A DNA stretch of 17,887 nt from Acidobacteriota bacterium (GTDB lineage Bacteria > Acidobacteriota > UBA4820 > DSQY01). The position numbers and the translations under genes are program-made. Location: the NCBI GenBank assembly GCA_049967655.1, contig JBMFSH010000044.1:1-17887 (forward strand), written 5' to 3'. Shown one piece after another: positions 7,001-15,556 of the stretch (positions are counted from its first letter, which is position 1; each line of letters begins with the position of its first letter). The notes under the pieces were generated by a model. The model made no database searches, had not been told where the DNA came from, and saw only the letters and a program-made list of their open reading frames with translations.

Positions 7001-8548
7001 ATGGTCAGAGGCAAGAACCTGAATTCACGTGCAGCGGTGGTGTTCCTCGCCGCGCTCCTCTTCGCGGGAGCGGTGAGGGCGCAAGGGGCCGAGGAAAAGG
7101 GCAATCTGAGCGCCCTCGAGAGCCACCTGACGAAGAAGGGGTTCGTCTGGCAGGATGGGAAGGTCTGGTTCCCCGACGTTTTATCCATGTGCTGCTCGTG
7201 CTCGTTCCCGAGTTGCTACAGCAACAACGCGTCGAGCCAGTACGGCTTCTTCGCGCTTCCCCCCGCGCCGGGCCAGGACCCCGCAGTGAAGAACCCCTAC
7301 GCCGAGTGGCTCAGCGGATACCTGCCGCAGGGCTGGAGTTACGCGTGGCGCCTGGAGCCCGACGAGGCGGTGGTCTTCATCGGGAAGACGCCGCCGAAGG
7401 TGGAGTACTTCGGCTTCACGGCCTACCTCTACGACCGCTACGTGGCCGGGATGGGGGCCATGTCCGACTGCACCTACGTGGACGGCAACGGACAGACCCA
7501 GAACAAGCCCCAGCCCCCGTCGGTGCAGAGCCGATACCCCGTCTTCGCGAGCCTGGGCGACACCCTCAACCAGGAGACGATCGATCTGGCGGGCGGACGC
7601 CAGGACCCCTTCCAGAAGAACGTGGTGGTGGTCGTGGCCGCGGACCAGAACGTCTTGCGCAAGGTGAAGGACGCCCTGGAGGCGGCGGGCTACCTGGGGA
7701 AGAGCATCAACGTCCTGCCCGTGCCACCCTCCCTCGTCAGACCGGGGTTGGCGTCACAGGACGACTCGTTCATGATCCTCATGCGCGTGACGCCTCGATC
7801 CGGCGACGACGTCAGCACCTACTACTCCCAGCCCATGACCCTGCTGCGCGTGACGCCTTCGACGCCGGTCCCCGTTTCCCAGCTCGCTCCCATTCTGCCC
7901 CCGAAGCTCCGCGTGCGCGGCACGGGGAAGACGGAGGCCTACCTGGAGGGACAGGTGGACGCCCTCGGACAGGCCATCGTCGCCTTCTACGCGGGCCTCG
8001 GCTACACGGCGGCGCCCGTCAAGATGGCCATCCTCCCCGACGGCTTCAACTGCATCTCGAACATGCAGAACTGCCTCGCGGACAACCGGGACACCATCTA
8101 CGTCTCTCCGGCTTACGACATGATCAGCCAAAAGCTCCTGCAGGGGCAGCCGTCCCCGACCTTGGGGCCCAACGAGTTCCTCGTGGTCTACGGCGTGCAG
8201 CACCAACTGGTGCACAAGGCCCTCTACACCAACATCTCGATTATGGGCTGGTACAAGAAGGCCGCGGCCGGGGTGGTGACCGACGCCATGCTGGCGAACA
8301 GCGCGCAGAACTATCTCCCCGGAGCCGATCCGGTTCTCTACGCCTACCAGATCACCCGGTCGGACGGCGACAACTGCACGGACCCGCAGCACTGCATCAA
8401 GCTGGGGTATGGCTGCGGAACCGGCATCGCCGCCGCCGAGCCCGTGGCCCCCATCTTCCGGGCCTACCTGGAGCCGGGCAAGAAGGTGGGGCCCTCCAGA
8501 GGAGAGGTCGTCATCGATCACGTGCTCAAGTTCACGCCGGCCCAGTGA
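7001..8548 (+). CDS. Uncharacterised Sec-secreted, cysteine-rich protein, 515 aa
   Basis: Long ORF with GC-rich third codon positions, AAAGGGGG upstream of ATG 7001, and signal peptide MVRGKNLNSRAAVVFLAALLFAGAVRA|QG. No catalytic motif recognised. Confidence 0.85.
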   Translation: MVRGKNLNSRAAVVFLAALLFAGAVRAQGAEEKGNLSALESHLTKKGFVWQDGKVWFPDVLSMCCSCSFPSCYSNNASSQYGFFALPPAPGQDPAVKNPYAEWLSGYLPQGWSYAWRLEPDEAVVFIGKTPPKVEYFGFTAYLYDRYVAGMGAMSDCTYVDGNGQTQNKPQPPSVQSRYPVFASLGDTLNQETIDLAGGRQDPFQKNVVVVVAADQNVLRKVKDALEAAGYLGKSINVLPVPPSLVRPGLASQDDSFMILMRVTPRSGDDVSTYYSQPMTLLRVTPSTPVPVSQLAPILPPKLRVRGTGKTEAYLEGQVDALGQAIVAFYAGLGYTAAPVKMAILPDGFNCISNMQNCLADNRDTIYVSPAYDMISQKLLQGQPSPTLGPNEFLVVYGVQHQLVHKALYTNISIMGWYKKAAAGVVTDAMLANSAQNYLPGADPVLYAYQITRSDGDNCTDPQHCIKLGYGCGTGIAAAEPVAPIFRAYLEPGKKVGPSRGEVVIDHVLKFTPAQ

Positions 8549-8597
8549 GGTGCAGGCGCGCGTCCTGCGGGCGGAGGGCGGAAAAGCTCAAGAAGAT

Positions 8598-8625
8598 TCA
8601 CCACCAAGACACCAAGGCACCAAGG
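8598..8625. repeat. Octamer repeat CACCAAG(A/G) x3 preceded by TCAC
   Basis: TCAC CACCAAGA CACCAAGG CACCAAGG. A related copy lies on the minus strand at 606-633. Confidence 0.7.
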
Positions 8626-8665
8626 GAGCCGGGGATCGCGGGGGGCGGGGAATCCCCAAGTCAGC

Positions 8666-8741
8666 GCAGGGGAGGCCCCTCGTGGCCGTCCCTCCGGCAA
8701 GCAGAAGGATTGCCATGGTGGGGCGCTCTCCAGAGCACGAT
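8666..8741 (+). repeat. Two degenerate REP-like palindromes
   Basis: GCAG-GGGAGGCC-CCTCGT-GGCCGTCCC (8666-8692) and GTGG-G-GCGCTCT-CC-AGAGCAC-GA (8718-8740), each a GYRG tetranucleotide plus an imperfect stem. Confidence 0.4.
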
Positions 8742-9025
8742 GGATCGTGAGTGAACAAAAGATCGGCCCTTGGGGAGGCCTCCTTCCGATGGCCTTTGGC
8801 CCCGCACCCAGAGGGACCCTATATTTAGGCTCAGACGAGCCGATTGGCGGGGCCGCGGGAATGAACGGGCCTCCCCGGCGCGTTGCATGAAGAGTGGATG
8901 GGCTGCCGGCGGTTATCGGGCGGCGGCCCGGTCGTGAAGTCCTCGCCTGGGAGGCCCATGAGTCAAGGCCCCAGGCGGGTCAGAAACGGATCAACCCAGG
9001 AACTTCCAGAACAAGGAGAGAGACC

Positions 9026-10075
9026 ATGGCCAAGATTCCAGCCTTCGCGGCACCGGCTCCCAAGGCGCCCCTGGTGCCCCACACCATCGAGCGGCGCGAG
9101 CCGGGGCCCCACGACGTGCTCATCGACATCCTCTACTGCGGCGTCTGCCACTCGGACATCCACCAGGCCCGGGACGAGTGGGGCGGCTCCATCTTCCCCA
9201 TGGTGCCCGGCCACGAGATCGTCGGGCGCGTGAAGCAGGTCGGCGCCCGCGTGACCAAGTTCAAGCCGGGCGACATGGCCGGAGTCGGCTGCATGGTGGA
9301 TTCCTGCCGCGACTGCGACCCCTGCCGCCGAGACCTGGAGCAGTTCTGCCTGAAGGGCTGCGCCTGGACCTACAACGGTACCGAGATGGACCGCAAGACG
9401 CCGACCTACGGCGGCTATTCCACCCAGGTCGTGGTGGACGAGCGTTTCACCCTCAAGGTACCCGACGGGCTCGATCCGGCGGGTGCGGCTCCGCTCCTCT
9501 GCGCCGGCATCACCACCTACTCGCCCCTCCGGCAGTGGGCCTGCAAGCCCGGAGACAAGGTCGGCGTGGTGGGCCTCGGCGGCCTGGGCCACATGGCCGT
9601 CAAGCTCGCCGCCTCCATGGGCGCCGAGGTGACCATGCTCTCCACCTCCCGCCGCAAGGAGGAGGACGCCCGCAGGCTCGGAGCCAAGGGCTTCGCCCTG
9701 ACCTCCGACGAGGAGACCTTCAAGAAGCTCGCCGGCTCCTTCGACCTGATCATCAATACCATCTCCGCCCCGCACGACTACAACAAATACCTGGGCATGC
9801 TGAAGGTCCAGGGCACGATGGTCCTGGTGGGAGTGCCGCCCGAGGCCGTCCCCGTTTCGGCCTTCTCTCTCATCAGCGGCAACAGGCGGCTCGCCGGCTC
9901 GCTCATCGGCGGCATCCGGGAGACCCAGGAGATGCTGGACTACTGCGGCGAGCACAAGATCGTCTCGGACGTGGAGGTCATCCCGATCCAGAAGATCAAC
10001 GAGGCCTACGAGCGCGTCGTCAAGGGCGACGTGCGGTACCGCTTCGTCATCGACATCGCCAGCCTCAAGGGGTGA
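9026..10075 (+). CDS. Zn-dependent NAD(P)H alcohol dehydrogenase / aldehyde reductase (cinnamyl-ADH, YahK/AdhC-like), 349 aa
   Basis: YCGVCHSDIH, PGHEIVG, structural Zn motif CRDCDPCRRDLEQFC, LLCAGITTYSPL, GLGGLGHMAVK, STSRRK (NADP-type), RYRFVID. AAGGAG RBS before ATG 9026. Confidence 0.95.
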   Translation: MAKIPAFAAPAPKAPLVPHTIERREPGPHDVLIDILYCGVCHSDIHQARDEWGGSIFPMVPGHEIVGRVKQVGARVTKFKPGDMAGVGCMVDSCRDCDPCRRDLEQFCLKGCAWTYNGTEMDRKTPTYGGYSTQVVVDERFTLKVPDGLDPAGAAPLLCAGITTYSPLRQWACKPGDKVGVVGLGGLGHMAVKLAASMGAEVTMLSTSRRKEEDARRLGAKGFALTSDEETFKKLAGSFDLIINTISAPHDYNKYLGMLKVQGTMVLVGVPPEAVPVSAFSLISGNRRLAGSLIGGIRETQEMLDYCGEHKIVSDVEVIPIQKINEAYERVVKGDVRYRFVIDIASLKG

Positions 10076-10084
10076 AGGCCCTCC

Positions 10085-10104
10085 CGGCGGCGGAGCCGTC
10101 GCCG
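10085..10104. terminator. GC-rich hairpin between the convergent ADH and carboxypeptidase genes; possible terminator
   Basis: CGGCGGCG-GAGC-CGTCGCCG stem just after the ADH stop. No immediate U-tract. Confidence 0.3.
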
Positions 10105-10212
10105 CCGAGGCGCTGAAGGCCTTTGCGCATCTCGCAACGCAGGACGCATTCGGCCGGCGCACGCGCCGGCCGAATCTCTTTCTCCCGGGGCGGCCTCGGG
10201 GGGCGCCGCGGG

Positions 10213-11445
10213 TCAGAAGCGGGTGAGCTTCCAGCGAAGGCCGGGGCCGGTGACGGCGCTCGGGGCGGTGAGGGGCAGCTTGGCCACCTCCCGCGTGCCC
10301 TGTGTGATGATCAGTGTTCCTACCGGCGCGCCCTCCTGGAGCCTCTTCCCCAGGGGGGCGGCCTGCACCTTGGCGTCGAACGAGAGGCCCGGCCAGCCGA
10401 CGACCGACACGGCCTGGGGCGCCTTCACCTCGAGGGGAGCGCTCTGCCACGGCACGTGCAGGCGCGCCACCGTCTGGCCAGCGGTGATCAGGGTCTGCGC
10501 CGTCAGCGCGGGCGTGGCGCTGTCGATCAGGGCCCGGACGCTCTTCAACACGGTCTCCAGCACGCTCACCCCCTGCTGACCCAGCACGGCTCCGATGAGC
10601 AGGACCTTCTGCCCATTCACCTTCCGCTGGGCCGCGAAGACGAGGCAGCCGCCCGCCTGCGGCGTGGAGCCGGTCTTGATCCCCACCACGCCGTCGTGAC
10701 CCACCAGGGCGTTGACGTTGTAGGCGATGCCCTGGACGGGCAGGGTCACCTGGGGCATGGCCACGATCTGCGCGAAGATGGGGTTCTTCATGGCTTCGAG
10801 GGCCAACACGGTCTGATCCGTGGCCGTGCTCGTGGTAGCCGGAGAGTCTCCGCTCGCGTCGGCGTAGTGCGTGTGCTGGAGGCCGAGCGCCTTGGCCGCG
10901 TCGTTCATCTTGGCGACGAAGGCGGGCAGGCTCCCGGCGTCCCAGACCGCCAGCGTCGTGGCGATGTTGTTCCCCGAGGGGAGCAGGAGCGCCTCCAGCA
11001 TCTGCATCTCGGTGAGCTGTTCGCCGGCCTGCACCTTCACCACCGACTGGTGGTCGGCCTTGTCCGCCTGGTAGACCGCCACGTCCTGCTCGGTCATGGT
11101 GACCGACGGGCCCGTCTCGCCGATGCCCATCGGGTGGTCCTTCAGGATGAGATAGGCGGTCATGATCTTGGCCACGCTGCCGATGGCCACGGGCTGTTCA
11201 CCGCCCGAACTGCCGAAGCTGCCCGAACCCTGGAGCACCATGGTGGCCTGGCCGTCCTCGGGCCACGGGATCGTGAGCGCCGTGCCGGGGATCGTCAGGA
11301 CCTTCGGCACCGCAGGCTCCAGGCGCAGAGCAGGCACGGGGCGCAGGAGCTGGACGACGAGGATCACGATGGCCGCAAGGATCACGGCCAGGGCCAGGAG
11401 GGTCCTCTTGCGGATGATCAAGTTGGAAGGCTCTCTCGATTTCAT
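10213..11445 (-). CDS. D-alanyl-D-alanine carboxypeptidase (peptidase S11, low-MW PBP) with N-terminal membrane anchor or signal, 410 aa
   Basis: SxxK (GSVAKIMTAY), SxN (LLPSGNN), HYADASG and KTG (GIKTGSTPQAGGCL) motifs; hydrophobic N-terminus; PBP5-like C-terminal domain. Confidence 0.92.
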   Translation of the reverse strand: MKSREPSNLIIRKRTLLALAVILAAIVILVVQLLRPVPALRLEPAVPKVLTIPGTALTIPWPEDGQATMVLQGSGSFGSSGGEQPVAIGSVAKIMTAYLILKDHPMGIGETGPSVTMTEQDVAVYQADKADHQSVVKVQAGEQLTEMQMLEALLLPSGNNIATTLAVWDAGSLPAFVAKMNDAAKALGLQHTHYADASGDSPATTSTATDQTVLALEAMKNPIFAQIVAMPQVTLPVQGIAYNVNALVGHDGVVGIKTGSTPQAGGCLVFAAQRKVNGQKVLLIGAVLGQQGVSVLETVLKSVRALIDSATPALTAQTLITAGQTVARLHVPWQSAPLEVKAPQAVSVVGWPGLSFDAKVQAAPLGKRLQEGAPVGTLIITQGTREVAKLPLTAPSAVTGPGLRWKLTRF

Positions 11446-11567
11446 GCGGCTCTCCCTCTGCTGGTGGTCTCTCCATGGACGCGGCCGGCCCCGCCCGAGG
11501 CGCGGGCGCCGGACCGATTCCGGATGGGCGCCCCACGTCCGCGGCGCCCCACGCGTCTGAAGGCCGG

Positions 11568-11597
11568 ATTATACGGCCGCTTGTGACGCGCGTCACG
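11568..11597 (-). promoter_or_regulatory. Sigma70 promoter for the carboxypeptidase gene overlapped by a CRP/FNR-like palindrome
   Basis: Minus strand GTGACG (11596-11591) - 17 nt - TATAAT (11573-11568). Plus strand TGTGA-CGCGCG-TCACG (11582-11597). Confidence 0.6.
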
Positions 11598-11689
11598 GGG
11601 AGGGGATCTTCGGCGGGAGCCACTAAACCGAGACCGCCTTCTCTCTTTCTAAAGGGGCGAAGGCGGAGGCCTTCAGAAAGGAGCCTGAA

Positions 11690-12022
11690 ATGAAAGCAAG
11701 AGCATGGGCAGCGCTCGCGGTTTCGGTGGTCTTGTTCCTATTGGCGGGGTGCCTGGAGGCCGCACCACCCCGGCGCGTGGCGGTGGTCGTACCTCCCGTC
11801 GTCGTGCGCGTCGCCCCGCCCCTGCCCCGCGTGGAAGTGGCCGCAGCGCGCCCGGGACCGGCCTACGTCTGGGTTCGCGGCTACTGGGCCTGGGGCGCCC
11901 GCGGCTACGTGTGGGTGCCGGGGCGATGGGCTCTCAGGCCATACCGCCGGGCCGTTTGGGTGGACGGTTCCTGGCACCGAGTCCGCGGCGGATGGGTCTG
12001 GCGGCCGGGCCACTGGCGCTGA
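11690..12022 (+). CDS. Small YXWGXW-repeat lipoprotein, 110 aa
   Basis: Lipobox LAG|C, Pro/Val-rich linker (VRVAPPLPRVE), repeats YVWVRGYW, YVWVPGRW, AVWVDGSW, WVWRPGHW. AAGGAG RBS at 11678-11683. Confidence 0.88.
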   Translation: MKARAWAALAVSVVLFLLAGCLEAAPPRRVAVVVPPVVVRVAPPLPRVEVAAARPGPAYVWVRGYWAWGARGYVWVPGRWALRPYRRAVWVDGSWHRVRGGWVWRPGHWR

Positions 12023-12266
12023 TGCACGGAGCGCCGCGAGTGGGCACGCGGGATGGCGAGTCATCCAGACATGGAGCGCGGGCTGCGGGCTGACGCTGAT
12101 GGACTGCACCGCGGCCACCGCGAAACGGCCACCTTCACGAACCGGCCCGACGCGGTCCATTCAGCGATCTACGATGAGGACAAGACTAACGATCCGCCCT
12201 GCGGGCGGGGACCCTCGACCTTCACACCCCTCAGGCAGGATCTGCTTGGAGCCGCGGTTGGGACCC

Positions 12267-13358
12267 TTACCCCGCGCCCTCCCCCCGCCCGGCGGCGGGG
12301 TAGCAGCCGAGGAAGCGGAATGAGGTGGCGCGCCTCTGGAGCTCGGAGAGCACCTCCCGCACGGCGGGATCCCGGTCGGTGCCCTCGAAGTCGAGGAAGA
12401 AGCGGTAGCTACCGGGATCGGAGCGGCAGGGCATGGAGGCGATGCGCGTCAGGTTCAGCCCGGCGCCGGCGAAGAGCTCCAGCCCCTTCAGAAGCTGGCC
12501 GCTCTCGTGCCTCACCGTGAAGACCACGGAGCACTTGTCCCCCTGCTCCGAGGGCGAGCGGGCCAGCAGCAGGAAGCGCGTGGTGTTCGACTCCTCGTCC
12601 TCGATGCCCTCCTGGATCACCTCCAGCCCGTAGAGGTGGGCCGCCAGGGCGCTGGCCACGGCGGCGGCGCCCCTCGGCTTCTCCCGCGCCAGCATCCTCG
12701 CCGCCCCGGCCGTGTCGTAGAAGGGCCTCGGCTCCAGCTTGTGTCTCGCGAGAAAGCCGCGGCACTGGCCGAGGGCCATGGGGTGCGAATAGGCCACGCG
12801 CAGGTCGCGGTAGTCGCTCCCCGGCCAGGCCAGCAGGCAGTGCCTCACGGGGACCGAGGCCTCGCCCCGAATCCAGAGGCCGGACTCGGGCAGCAGCGTG
12901 CTCACCTGGCTGACGGGCCCCTCCAGCGAATTCTCCACGGGCACAACGCCCAGCTCGAAGCGCCCCTGCTGAACGCCCAGGAACACGTCGCCGAACTCCA
13001 CGCACGGCACCGTGGCGGCCCCCGGCACGAGCGAGCGCGCGGCGATCTCGCTGTGGGCGCCGTGCTCCCCCTGGAAGGCAACGATGGTGTGCCGCTTCTC
13101 TTGCAGGCGCCGGCTCTCGGCCATGATGGCGGAGAAAACCTCCTGGGCGAAGCCTTCGCCCACGAGGGCCAGGCTGTTCTGCTTGGCGCGCGCCAGCACC
13201 GACAGCTCGCGCGCCGCGTCCAGCGGGCCGCTCTTGAGCGCACGCGTGCGCAGCCCCAGCTCCATGCGTTCCTCGAGCAGCGCCAGCAGCTCCATGTCCA
13301 CCTCGTCGATCCGCCGCCGGAGCGACTCCAGCTCCCGCTTCGCCTCCTGGGCTTCCAT
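12267..13358 (-). CDS. pheA: Bifunctional chorismate mutase / prephenate dehydratase (P-protein), 363 aa
   Basis: AroQ domain LESLRRRIDEVDMELLALLEERM; PDT domain VAFQGEHGAHSE, VPVENSLEG, SHPMALGQC, NTTRF; ACT domain NLTRIASMP...YRFFLDFEG. GGAGG RBS before ATG 13358. Confidence 0.95.
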   Translation of the reverse strand: MEAQEAKRELESLRRRIDEVDMELLALLEERMELGLRTRALKSGPLDAARELSVLARAKQNSLALVGEGFAQEVFSAIMAESRRLQEKRHTIVAFQGEHGAHSEIAARSLVPGAATVPCVEFGDVFLGVQQGRFELGVVPVENSLEGPVSQVSTLLPESGLWIRGEASVPVRHCLLAWPGSDYRDLRVAYSHPMALGQCRGFLARHKLEPRPFYDTAGAARMLAREKPRGAAAVASALAAHLYGLEVIQEGIEDEESNTTRFLLLARSPSEQGDKCSVVFTVRHESGQLLKGLELFAGAGLNLTRIASMPCRSDPGSYRFFLDFEGTDRDPAVREVLSELQRRATSFRFLGCYPAAGRGEGAG

Positions 13359-13469
13359 CGTCACCGGCCTCCTTCCTTCTCCGCCGCGCCGCCGGTGGAG
13401 CAAGGAGGTGGGGTTTTCTCTACATCCATCCTCTGAAGCATAGCCTGCCAGCCCCAGGCTCTCACCCGG

Positions 13470-14747
13470 CTAGTGCACGGAGCAGGAGATGCAGGGGTCG
13501 TAAGCGCGGATGAGCATGGAGCAGAGGCGCTCCATGCGGGCGTCGTCGGCGCCGTCGGCGGCCAGCTCCTGCGCCAGTTTCTCCATGTCGTGCTGCATGT
13601 TCAGGTTGTTCTGCGTGGTGGGAATGATGCAGTTGGCCGTCACGACGCGCCCCTCCTTGTCGTATTCGTAGTGGTGGTAGAGGATCCCTCGGGGCACCTC
13701 CACCGCGCCGACGCCCTCTCCCTCGCGGGGCGACACCTCGGCCAGGGTCCGGACCGACTCGGGCTCGGCGAGCAGCTCCTCGATCAGAGCCATCGATTCG
13801 TGCGCCACGTGGATGCACTCCACGAGCTGGGCGAGGTTGTTCTTGAAGGGGTTGTGGCAGGCGGGTCCCAGGCCCAGCTCCTCGGCCGCCGCGCGCGCCG
13901 CCGGGTGGAGAACGGCGTGGTTGTTGTTCCAGCGGGCGAGGGCGCCCACGGCGAAGGAGTCCCGGGAGAGGCGGCAGAGCTTGGAGGTGTTGCGCTCGTC
14001 CACGAACTCGTTGGTCATCTGGAGGTAGTCGTCCTCGGCGCGCTCCACGCCGTCGGAGGAGAGGAGGGCGCCCCCGATCCACGGGTAGCTCCTCTCCGCC
14101 TTCAGCGAAACGTACTCGGTCTCCCGGGAGAAGGCCGGGATCTCGAACCCCTTGAACAGCTCCGCCACGGCGGCCAGATCCTTCGCGGCCGCCGCCAGCT
14201 CCGCCTTGAGGGCGGCAAGCTCGCGCCTGTCGGGGAAGACAGCCATGCCGCCCACCTGGATGGACACGGGGTGCGTCGCGCGGCCGGCCACGACCTCGCA
14301 CAGCCGATTGGCGACCCCCTTGAGGCGCGCCGCGAGGGCCACCGTGGAGGGGGAGCTCTTGACGAGCGGTAGGACGCTCGGCAGGCCGAGGAAGTCGGGC
14401 GCGGCCAGGAAGAGCAGGTGCAAGACGTGGCTCTGGAGCGTCTCGCCGTGCTTGGCCAGGAGGCGAAGCTTGGTCGCGGTCTCGGGGATCTCCACGCCGA
14501 AGGCGCGCTCCGTGGCCCTCACGCTGCAGAGCGCGTGGCCGATGGAGCAGATGCCGCAGATGCGGGCAACTAAGATGGCCGCCGATGTGTAGTGCTTGCC
14601 CTTGAGCATGACCTCGAAGAAACGGGGCGTCTCCACGATATCCCAGTGCACCTCCTGGAGCTGCCCGTTCACCACGTGCACCAGGAGGTCGCCGTGGCCC
14701 TCCACGCGCGTGAGGGGATGGATGCGGATGTTCAGATCGACGTTCAT
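13470..14747 (-). CDS. Group 3b [NiFe]-hydrogenase (sulfhydrogenase) large/alpha subunit, 425 aa
   Basis: TRVEGHG, L1 motif ARICGICSIGH, EVPRGILYH, IIPTTQN, L2 motif RAYDPCISCSVH. ATGA overlap with delta. Confidence 0.95.
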   Translation of the reverse strand: MNVDLNIRIHPLTRVEGHGDLLVHVVNGQLQEVHWDIVETPRFFEVMLKGKHYTSAAILVARICGICSIGHALCSVRATERAFGVEIPETATKLRLLAKHGETLQSHVLHLLFLAAPDFLGLPSVLPLVKSSPSTVALAARLKGVANRLCEVVAGRATHPVSIQVGGMAVFPDRRELAALKAELAAAAKDLAAVAELFKGFEIPAFSRETEYVSLKAERSYPWIGGALLSSDGVERAEDDYLQMTNEFVDERNTSKLCRLSRDSFAVGALARWNNNHAVLHPAARAAAEELGLGPACHNPFKNNLAQLVECIHVAHESMALIEELLAEPESVRTLAEVSPREGEGVGAVEVPRGILYHHYEYDKEGRVVTANCIIPTTQNNLNMQHDMEKLAQELAADGADDARMERLCSMLIRAYDPCISCSVH

Positions 14748-15511
14748 CGGGTCCCTCCCGCCGCGATGCCCTCGAACCCGCCGAAGAAGGCCATTCGCTC
14801 GTTGACCTCCTCGTCCGTGAAGCCCCGCTCCTTCGCCAGGGCGAAAAACTCCTCGTAGTTGGGCGCCTCCGCCGGGCCACGGCAACCCCAGCAGCCGAGG
14901 CCTCCCGCGGGGCAGGGCGCCTCGCAGCCGGCGCGGGTGATGGGCCCCAGGCAGAGCTGCCCCTTTTCCATCAGGCAGGTGGTGAAGCGCTGCTTGCACT
15001 CCACGCAGACGGGATAGGCGTGGAAGGCAAAGGGCACGCCCAGGACCAGGTGCCGCACGATCCTCTCCACCTCGGCCTTGGAGACGGGGCAGCCGGGGAT
15101 CTCCAGGTCCACCGGCACCACCTCCTTGACGGAGCGCGCGGGCAGCGTCTCCTTGGGGGTCTTTCCGTAGACCTCCGCGTTGGCCGCGTCGAGGTCGTAG
15201 GCGTTCTTCATCCGGTTGACCCCGCCGAAGCAGGCGCAGCTTCCCAGAGCCACCAGAACCCGCGCCCTCTCACGGATGGCCTTGAGGCGCCCCACCTCGT
15301 CGCTCCGGCTGACGGCCCCCTCCACGAAGGCGATTTCGTAGTCCTCCCTGGCCCCCGTGGCGATCTCCCGGAAGTTGACGATCTCCACGGCGTTCAGGAA
15401 GGGGACGAGGGTCTCCTCCTTGTTGGCGAGCTGAAGCTCGCACCCCTCGCAGCCGGTGAAGTCGAAAACGGCGATGCGGGGACGGGGGGGATCTATGCGC
15501 AGGTACCGCAT
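14744..15511 (-). CDS. Group 3b [NiFe]-hydrogenase small/delta subunit, 255 aa
   Basis: FTGCEGC, EGAV, GSCACFGG, IPGCP, VCVECK, CLGPITRAGCEAPCP, CWGCRG. No Tat signal. GGGAGG RBS. Confidence 0.93.
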   Translation of the reverse strand: MRYLRIDPPRPRIAVFDFTGCEGCELQLANKEETLVPFLNAVEIVNFREIATGAREDYEIAFVEGAVSRSDEVGRLKAIRERARVLVALGSCACFGGVNRMKNAYDLDAANAEVYGKTPKETLPARSVKEVVPVDLEIPGCPVSKAEVERIVRHLVLGVPFAFHAYPVCVECKQRFTTCLMEKGQLCLGPITRAGCEAPCPAGGLGCWGCRGPAEAPNYEEFFALAKERGFTDEEVNERMAFFGGFEGIAAGGTR

Positions 15512-15556
15512 GCCATGCCTCCCTTCAATCGTTCCCCTCCGGTCCGGAAGGGAGCG

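Noticed and set aside
12096..12130. Hammerhead-like CTGATG...GAAAC
   Set aside because: The core reads CUGAUGG rather than CUGANGA, and I could not build stems I and III with a cleavage triplet.
13359..13472. Amber read-through fusing hydrogenase alpha to PheA (the TAG is in frame with pheA with no stop between)
   Set aside because: A one-in-three frame coincidence plus a short GC-rich gap explains it. pheA has its own strong RBS, no pyrrolysine machinery is visible, and the fusion makes no functional sense.
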